A stretch of DNA of 64,000 nt from Macrostomum lignano (Eukaryota). The stretch spans positions 372,001 through 436,000 of the forward strand of contig NIVC01000296.1 of the NCBI GenBank assembly GCA_002269645.1. Reading direction: 5' to 3'. Under the pieces are notes generated by a model. That model saw nothing but the letters and a program-made list of their open reading frames with translations, was not told the DNA's origin and searched no databases. Both the position numbers and the translations under genes were made by a program. The stretch's first letter is position 1, and every line of letters starts with the position of its first letter. Shown piece by piece: positions 55,008 through 64,000 of this stretch.

Positions 55008-55899
55008 GTCTGCAGTGTAACTCTCCCCGTGTCTCCGATATCTCTCTGTCTCACGCTATGGAAAATTTTATGGCTTGATGTGATTTTCATAGTCTCACCA
55101 GTCTCCCTGCTCCAACTTAATAATACGCCACTTTGCTTCCAATATCACTGTCTTCTTGTCTCCATCTCCCTCCAGCGTCTTGCGCCTGACTATTTCAGAT
55201 TTTTTCAGTGAACTGCTTCAATGCTTTGTGACAACAAAAATCACACGCGTTTGAAATTTCATTATGCACAATCACCGTGTATCCGTGTTATAGTGAACTT
55301 TAGATTAAAGTAGTTATTCACGGTGCAATCTGTGTACATATGTTCTACTACTCCATTCAGCGCCTGACCTAGTTAACGATTTTCAAATATAGAAAGCCTT
55401 ATTACTTACTTTGAACTAAAAGCTGTTTTTTCTTTGTTCCTCTATATAATCGATTCCTATATTTTTTCCACTCGACTCGAATTTGTTGCACGATTTTGAC
55501 CACACATACACACACTTATTTTTCTCCCGTAGCAGAAGTGCTCATTTTTTGTTGTTTTTGCAGCCGAAGTTAGGTAATTGATCGGATATGTGTGTTGTCA
55601 CCACAGATACTAGAATAGTTGTAGAATCTGTGGTGGTCACTGGACAATCCAGCTCTCGTCGTTATGATTTCAATCGACTCATCTTTTTCCTGTCCCAACA
55701 ATGAATTGTCGCATGTTATGCTCTGCTATATTTAATCACGACAATGACAAAATAAATGATAACGTTTTTCGTTTTTTTTTCTGCTGGGAATTTTCTGACG
55801 TTTCAAGCCTTTGTATAAACATTTACTTTGTAAGGCAGCTCGTGGTTTTAATGACAGAAAACGAGCTTGCACACGCCAGTAAATGCTCAAGGACTACTT

Positions 55900-58200
55900 A
55901 AGAACACAGCACGTTACATTCGCTAATTCTAAAAGGCCGCTTTGAATGTACGTGTCTAGGGCCTTTGTGATCGTTTTGGCTTTTAAAGCTGTGCGCGTAG
56001 TGAATATAAGACTTTTATGCGTCTGTATTCCGACCAAGCACCTGTATTTCCCCCAAAAGTTACAGTAGGTACGTGAAAATGTTTGAAAAAGAATGAAGGA
56101 ACGATATTAAAGCTTCATATGCTTCGCGAAGTTTTGCGGCACCCATCGTAGCATTGGGGAGGGGGGGGTTCACAAACTCGAAATTTCACAACGTCGAAAA
56201 CTTTAGCAAGAGACTTCATAAGGTCGAAATTTCACAACATCGAAATTTCACAACATCGAAAACTTTAGCAAGAGACTTCATAAGGTCGTAATTTCATAAG
56301 GTCGAAATTTCACAACATCGAAAACTCAAATAGCAGCCACTTTCTCAAGGTCGAAACTTCACAAGGTCGAAATTTCACAACATCGAAAAATCTAGCAAGA
56401 GACTTCATAAGGTCGAAATTTCACAAGGTCGAAATTTCATAACATCGAAAACTCAAGTGCAGCCACTTTCACAAGGTCGAAACTTCATAAGCTCGAAATT
56501 TCACAAAGTCGAAAATTTTATCTATCAAGAACCATACAGTAGTTTTCTACGTTGTGAAATTTCGACCTTATGAAATTTCGACCTTATGAAGTCTCTTGCT
56601 AAAGTTTTCGATGTTGTGAAATTTCGACCTTGTGAAGTTTCGACCTTATGAAGTCCTTTGCTAAAGTTTTCGATGTTGTGAAATTTCGACCTTGTGAAGT
56701 TTCGACCTTGTGAAAGTGGCTGCTATTTGAGTTTTCGATGTTATGAAATTTCGACCTTGTGAAATTTCGACCTTGTGAAAGAAGGTGCTTTCGACGTTGT
56801 GAAATTTCGAGTTTGTGAAACCCCCCCCCCGAAAACTTTAGCAAGAGACTTCACAAGGTCGAAATTTCACAACGTCGAAAAGCAAATTATTGCATAAGGT
56901 CGAAATTTCACAAGGTCGAAAACTCAAATAGCAGCCACTTTCATAAGATCGAAATTCTACTATGTAAAAACTGAGAATTTAGCAGCAGCTCAAGTATGAA
57001 AAGATCAAAATTTTACAATGTAGAAAACTAAAGTCTTTATTGTGTCAATGTTTATATTATTATTTTTTGTTTTAATAGCTTTGGTTCAGAGAAGTTTTTA
57101 ATCACCTCTTCTTTAAGTAGCTCAACGTCAAGGAGTGCTGAGTGCTCTGCTAAGTATCTTATCACTACTGGGACGATGGGTTAGTTTACATAAGCTGTAA
57201 GTTTAGCTATATAGTTGGGAAGCATTTTGGAATTAGAGCAGTAAAAAGCACCTAAAATTTGGTATCAGAAGTAGGATAAATTTAGGGGAAAAGAGAAAAA
57301 CTTTGAAAAGAGAAAAAAGCCCTATAACTTTGGCAATGACTGGTTAGGATAAATTAGACTAAGTGACAAACAGAAAAACACCTACAACATATATAGGCCT
57401 ACTAAACAACAATAGAATATAGAAAAGCCACGAAGGCTTACAATTATGAAGTCTTCTGCTAGAGTTTTCGATGTTGTGAAATTTCGACCTTATGAAGACG
57501 TCTTCTGCTAGAGTTTTCGATGTTGTGAAATTTCGACCTTATGAAGTCTTCTGCTAGAGTTTTCGATGTTGTGAAATTTCGACCTTGTAAAATTTCGACC
57601 TTTGTGAAAGTGGCTGCTATTTGAGTTTCGATGTTATGAAATTTCTACCTTATGAAAGTGGCTGCTTTTCGAGTTTTCGATGTTGTGAAATTTCGACCTT
57701 GTGAAATTTCGACCTTATGAAGAAGTCTCTTGCTAAAGTTTTCGATGTTGTGAAATTTCGACCTTGTGAAATTTCGACCTTGTGCAATAATTTGCTTTTC
57801 GACGTTGTGAAATTTCGACCTTGTGAAAGCACCCCGTAGCATTGGTCGCGCAAGTTGTCTACATATGTAGAGACCGACATCTTGTGGCTTCTGTGACAAC
57901 TTCAGCGGTCGAGGATGTACAATCTAAGCCAAGAAAGTTGTCATCAGGAAGTTGATTTTTGCCTACGTAATACATATACATACCGAATGCAAATTGCTTG
58001 CTGATCTTTACCGCTGATGTTGATGGTACCACTGACTATAGGCGAAAAATATTTGAACGTTGTTTTGCTTGCTTTAGCCAAGACTGCGAAGAACGTCTTT
58101 GCCATTTGTCCCAGCATTTCATTTAGAATCTCAGAATTAGTGAATTTTAGATTTTTGAAAGAGTTACTTTTTCATCAGCCCAAAGTTGCAAACACAACTA
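55900..58200 (-). mobile_element. hAT (ZMYM1/DUF4371-type) transposase remnant split by the foldback insertion
   Basis: The minus strand reads TNSEILNEML...KYFSPIVSGTINISGKDQQAICIRYV and NLRDQCY|DG. The QCYDG motif is restored when 56156-57835 and one TSD copy are removed. The 55900 boundary is approximate. Confidence 0.7.
56156..57835. mobile_element. Foldback-type element of the same family, with an 8-bp TSD
   Basis: Same subunits and ends. GTAGCATT is duplicated at 56148-56155 and 57836-57843. An extra internal inverted pair lies at about 56545-56970. Confidence 0.8.
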
Positions 58201-60356
58201 TAGAAAATACAACCGGGAGTAGTATTTTTAACATGCGCATGCTAATTTAAAAAAATGGTAATCTTCACTGGCACACACAAGATGCAATCATTCATTTTAT
58301 GATTAAAAATTCTTTGTCCTATCTCCGCAGTAAATTTATCCGTAACCATGCAGTTATCTAGACATTCTTTAAGTACTTAAAAATGTGTCTTTTTGAAATT
58401 TGGTTTTCCGGGAAACTATAATAGACTTTTCGGTATTTTTATAGGCCTATACGCATTACGCTTACGCTGAAGTAGCAGCAGAATGGAATGGCTAGTGTAG
58501 AGCCTAGAGAAACTGATTCACCATTGTGATCGTGACGTGTGACATAATTTTGCACACTAATATTTAGCTCTCAATCATTTTAATATTGTAACATTATAAA
58601 TTGAAATTCATTTGAATCTATTTTTGTAAGTGTAAATAAAGGTCTATCATCTGTATAGTATACAGGTCAGACCAGCATCCCTAAAGCATTTTGACAATAT
58701 TAATGTCATGAAGAGGTTGTTGGGAAGCTCCCTATCCCACTCCATATCCCCACCTCCTATTCCAGTATTCCCCAGTAGACAAACATTTTTAGAAAAGAAA
58801 ACTTTTTGTCTGCTCAGCAGATAATTTATCAGCAGACAGAACAACTGGGTTGAACTGGCGCCTGTGGTTGGGATAGTAGGGGTTAAAGTCACAATTAACA
58901 GTTAAAATGAATAAAGCCAATGAGGAAGCCACCTGGCATTTGCCACTATCAAGAAAGCTAGACTGCAAATAATTTAAGAGGCTTTTGCTATTTAATCTTC
59001 TTGGAAACCAATCTGACAAGCAGGTGATAATGTCAATGATTTTGTCAAGTGGCATTGACAACTCAGTTGACAGTGTGACTAAAGTGTTGGGGTCAACTGT
59101 ATTAGTGGTTGATGCGTGCCCAAAATTTCTATTATATAAATTATATATCTTCTGATATAAATCTACATAATTATTGTACAAAAATTATTATTGCTGACAT
59201 TGTTTTAATAATTATCATATTTTATTCTAAACATCCTAACAATAAAAATTAGGATTCAAACATTTAATAGTAGTAGTAGGCCTACCAATATTATATTATT
59301 ATACTATATATGCATAGGCCTAGATGAATTTTTTTAATACATGTTCTCGGCCTAGCCTATTCAAATGTAGGCCTATCACTTATTGGATTGCACCCATAAT
59401 TTTTTATTTCTAAATAGATGTGGAAAGTAATTTAAGAGGCAGGTCTGCAGATTTTTTTGTAAAGGTAAGCATTTTTGTAGTATTTAATATAGTGCTAGTT
59501 GTCTAGCTTTTGGCTTAGTTCTCTTTCTTTGTGCATGTGTAGCTGCTTTTTTACAAGAAATTTCTCATCATTAAAGCTTAATTGGGAGGTTTTATCTTTG
59601 TATAGTGTCTTGAAGTCTATACTTTTTAGTTTCTTTTAAGTGCATTATATTTTGTAATGAAGCAGGACAATGTTGCAAATGGTATATGATACCTGGACAC
59701 TGTCATCTTATAACTTTGTCATCTAGATGACAATCTGTCCAATATCTCAGAGGGTGGATGACAAAGTGACTTAGACTTGTGGATACTTTGTCATCTATAA
59801 AACAAAAGTTTTCAAATTTAAAACAAAACCACCCTTCCCCACCCTATATCACCCTCAACATGCACATGATTTTGTTATTTTGAGACATCGTGTTGGCACC
59901 TCCAATATGCACACAATTTTGTTATTTTGAGACATTGTGTTGGCACCTATCTTTTAACTCTTTTAATGAAATCAGTTTTGACACCTCTTTTTGACAATTT
60001 AGAGTGTGAAGTGTGTTCATACCTCTGCCCCACCACCCCACCCTCACTTTATTCCAAACAAAGCAAGTACAAAAGCACCTCCATATCCAATGTGCATCCA
60101 ATAGGCTCATGAGACCTTGTGTTGGCACCTGTTCCCTCAATCCATCTTAGCCCACCCTTCAAGTTTTCATACCTCTGTCCACCATCCCATCTCAACCATA
60201 CATTACTCCAACATGTACCCTATTTAGTTATTTAGTACACCCTATTATACTAGTTATTTAGTATATAAAGGCAACCGGAATGAAACCAATCTTATATCTT
60301 ACATGAAGTTGTAAGATGACAAAGTGTCTAGGATCCATGGTATGGATATTCATATG

Positions 60357-61532
60357 CAGTGTTGGGCACTTCCGTTACCGAGTAACTTGTAAATGGTAAC
60401 GCAAGTTACTTTTTCGTAAAGCGTTCCTTACGCAAGTTACTTTCCTATTTTGGTAACGGAGTAACGGTAAGTTACTCAAATTTCGGAAGTCCGTTACAGT
60501 TACTTTGCAACAATCGCAATATTTAAATTTAAAACTGATATGCTTAGCTATTACGCCAGTTGTCACATTTTTAGCATTTTTCATTCTTAAATTCAAAACT
60601 AAGTGAATAATATCATACGGTATTACGCTGTAATTAATAAAGAAATACTTGAAACATGTTTTTACTTTGTTATTTTCGGTAAAATATTTTTGCTTTTCGT
60701 TTTTAAGTTAATAAAAATATTTTGTTTAGTTCTTAGAAACAAACAACCAAAGAAAGAAATTCATCTGTAGTCTCCACAAATCCACTCAGTGATCGACGTA
60801 GCCAGGAATTTTAATTGGGGGGGGGGGGGGGGGTTGGCCTGGCTGGCCATGCCTCATGCACCCGCCACGCCCAACCCCACCCCCCCTGGTGGGGTGTCTT
60901 GCAGGTGGGGTGAAGTTGCCGCCCCAACGATTGTTAAGGCGGCCTCCCTGGCTACACCACTAAAGTCCACTGGCACTGCACTGCACTGCACAATAATTTA
61001 ATATTAATGAATTGAAAAATAATTGAAAAAATTGAAAAAAATTTCAAATAATTGAAAATAAAAAGACTAGTAAAGCAGACTGTAGAGTGGAGTAAAGCCA
61101 GGTACTTATTACGAGCGATGTATTATCAAGGACAACTGAAGTTACGTTAAGTTGTCCTTGTGTATTATAACTTATAATGTTATTAAAAATTAAATTGCGT
61201 TTTGCCTTTAACGTTTCTGACCTTCAGCTTCTCTTCTTTTTACGGAAAGGGCCTAAAGTGATTAAAATTTAATACAGTTACTGAAATTAATTTTGTTGTA
61301 TTTTTCCTTCTGGCTTTCGCGATCATTTGTGCTGTTCCAGCACATTTGCAATGTTAAAAAAGCAGAAAATTTTGTTTATAACATAGGTAACGGAAGTAAG
61401 TAACGGAAGTAACTTAAAAGTTACCGGGTTTTTGTTCAAAGTTACTAGGCTAACGTAAGTTACTTTTTAAAAAGTGGTAACTTAAGTTACAGTAACGCAA
61501 GTTACTTTTTTTGAGTAACTTGCCCAACACTG
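60357..61532. mobile_element. hAT-type MITE with an 8-bp TSD
   Basis: TIR CAGTGTTGGGCA / TGCCCAACACTG, TSD TTCATATG on both sides, and subterminal AGTTAC/GTAAC repeats. Confidence 0.88.
60787..60963. mobile_element. Small hAT-type MITE nested in 60357-61532
   Basis: CAGTG..CGTAGCCAGG / CCTGGCTACACCACTA ends; flanks AATCCACT and AGTCCACT match at 7 of 8 positions. Confidence 0.65.
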
Positions 61533-62959
61533 TTCATATGGCTAGATACCTTAGTCTTGCGTGAGGTTTCAGTTTTAGTTTTTTTTGGCTATGTAGGGTA
61601 TTTTAATTGGCAGTTGACAAAGTGATCAAGGTGGGGAACTCACCATTGGCTAGTTGACAAAATGACCAATGTGAAACTAAGTTGATAAAATGGCCAGTGG
61701 ACAAAATTCCAATTGATGAAATGACAAAGACCCCTGACAAGCAGGCTAGCACTCTCATAGAAGATCTTGGTAAGCATTAAAGATTTTGTTACTTGAGTTA
61801 TTTAAACATTACAAGAAGAAATATGAGAAGGAAAAGAGGAAAGGAGATAAGGGGAGAAAGGGGAAAGGGAAAAGGGGAAAGAGGAGAGAGAAAAAGACAA
61901 AGAGAAAAGGAGAAAGAAAAGAGAGGAGACAAGAGAAAGGTGAGGAAATAGAAGAGAGGTAAAAAAATAGAGAAAACTGTTTAAAATGTGATCAAGTTGA
62001 TAGGCATTGAGTGCCACAGATGGATTCTACACTGTCTATAGAATGCTATTCATGCTTGGGCGCAACCTTTGGATTCACTTGACCTTTATTATTGGCAACA
62101 CACATGTATGTTGCTATTGGACAGAATAGTAGTCACGTGACTGCTCTCAGCCAATAGCGAATTACATGTGTGTGTTGTCAATAGAAATGGCTGGGTGATT
62201 CCCAAGGTTGCACATATATGATGCTATTTATAGCTGCATTCTTCAAATTGGAACAGTTAGCAGCAAAAATTCTTAATGCCTAATCAGTGACATTCTTATC
62301 AATTATTGCTGGCTAGTAGCACATTGCAACCACAGCAAGAAAGTTATACATTGTAGGAAGTTACAGAAAATTTACAAGCTATAGATATGGATATAAAATA
62401 GACTATGGGAAATTTTTTGAGATATGGCTATAGATATTAATATAGGAAAATTTTGCTTATAGTGAACTTCTATTATAAATTACAGAACAAATCTTTTGGT
62501 TTATAGAAACTTTTATAATTCAAAGTTAAACACAAATATTGTATAACGATTCTAATATGCAGAAATCAATTATCTTTATATTGTCTAAATTTATTTTAAA
62601 TTTGTAGTTTAAAAATGATGCAAATAACTTTTTTATCATTCAATAATTTTTAATATCTTGCTATATCATATAGACTATTCTAAAAAGTTTCAGCAATCAA
62701 AAATTATTTTACTGATCATATTAATTGAATTTAATAAATTACTAAATCAAAAGTACTACCTACCTTGAAACTCATTCAAAACTTTTTTGTCCTTTGCAAA
62801 TGTGTTATTTCTTGATGCATATTAAGTAGAGACTAAGTTCTATAATTATATATTAACTGCTATGAGTATATTGATATTGCTATATGATGCATTATTTAGT
62901 TAATCTTACTAAAAAGCTAGGCTTATTTATAAATCTAATATGTTGGCTCATATCCATAT

Positions 62960-63733
62960 AGCAAATATCAAGCAATGCAAATTTCAGGCTAAGCAAATGC
63001 CAGGCTAAGCAAATATCAAGCAATGCAAATTTCAGGCTAAGCAAATACCAGGCTAAGCAAATGTCAGGCTATGCAAATGTCAGGCTAAGCAAATGCCAGG
63101 CTAAGCAAATGCCAGGCTAAGCAAATGCCAGGCTAAGCAAATGTCAGGCTATGCAAATGTCAGGCAATGCAAATGTCAGGCAATGCAAATGTCAGGCTAA
63201 GCAAATGTCAGGCTAAGCAAATGTCAGGCAATGCAAATTTCAGGCTAAGCAAATGCCAGGCTAAGCAAATGTCAGGCTAAGCAAATGCCAGGCTAAGCAA
63301 ATTTCAGGCTAAGCAAATGCCAGGCTAAGCAAATGTCAGGCTAAGCAAATGTCAGGCTAAGCAAATGCCAGGCTAAGCAAATGCCAGGCTAAGCAAATTT
63401 CAGGCTAAGCAAATGCCAGGCTAAGCAAATGTCAGGCTAAGCAAATGTCAGGCTAAGCAAATGTCAGGCAATGCAAATGCCAGGCTAAGCAAATGCCAGG
63501 CTAAGCAAATGCCAGGCTAAGCAAATGCCAGGCTAAGCAAATGCCAGGCTAAGCAAATGTCAGGCTAAGCAAATGTCAGGCTAAGCAAATGTCAGGCAAT
63601 GCAAATGTCAGGCAATGCAAATGTCAGGCTAAGCAAATGCCAGGCTAAGCAAATGTCAGGCTAAGCAAATGCCAGGCTAAGCATTTGTCAGGCTAAGCAA
63701 AAGTCAGGCAATGCAAATGCCAGGCTAAGCAAA
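62960..63733. repeat. 16-bp minisatellite (GGCTAAGCAAATGCCA)
   Basis: Direct inspection. Confidence 0.95.
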
Positions 63734-64000
63734 CGCATTATAGTATCTGTGAGTAGTCTGCAGTGCAATGCAATTTTTGCTGTTTTGCTGCCAAACCCAG
63801 CTAGACTGCAAGAATCTCCTTAGAAAGCAGCAATGATACCGGGCAAGGGCAGCAGTTTTTATTCTTTAATCCGGCCCGGCCTGCCGTTCATAGGAGGCCT
63901 GGTGGCCCTGGCTTTCATGGTGGGGTCAATGGCCGACACTCGGCACAGGCTGCATCGAATTAAAAGCTTGCAAAGCAACGCTTATTACGACGCGTCAATG

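Noticed and set aside
58647-59181. 130-aa and 81-aa minus-strand ORFs in AT-rich DNA
   Set aside because: No recognisable domain and only weak splice signals. They could be exons of a gene outside the window, but this is unsupported.

Overview
Eukaryotic, animal genomic DNA: spliced genes, one N gap at 5750-6446, and very dense mini- and microsatellites. The style (GC-rich exons, a different satellite in almost every intron) resembles the flatworm Macrostomum lignano; this is inference only. (1) Two tandem vasa/DDX4-like DEAD-box helicase genes on + (1286-7695 and 11120-14106). Each has 2 exons, FG/RGG repeats and CCHC knuckles, and each carries one frameshift at a site where the other copy is intact. 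The copies are near-identical except for a sharply bounded ~200-bp divergent patch in the RecA2 domain. (2) A complete 15-exon GluN2-like NMDA receptor gene on - (33089-16094, 1210 aa by my exon assembly, all intron phases consistent). It ends in a PDZ-binding ESAL motif and has Gly at the pore N-site. One intron is filled with about 20 tandem copies of its own splice acceptor, and another with about 450 branch-point-like CTRA units. (3) A 3-exon gene on + with a C-terminal PDZ domain (50871-53931). (4) Weakly supported exon fragments on - at 38-45 kb. (5) Many transposon-derived pieces: a mariner spanning the gap, two hAT transposase remnants, a 5'-truncated RNase H-bearing LINE with a 13-bp TSD, an internally deleted piggyBac, hAT MITEs, a CACAGA-ended MITE family, and a foldback-type family with internally repetitive TIRs and 8-bp TSDs. 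No rRNA, tRNA or CRISPR array is supported. Most long ORFs in the supplied track are satellite or N-gap artefacts.
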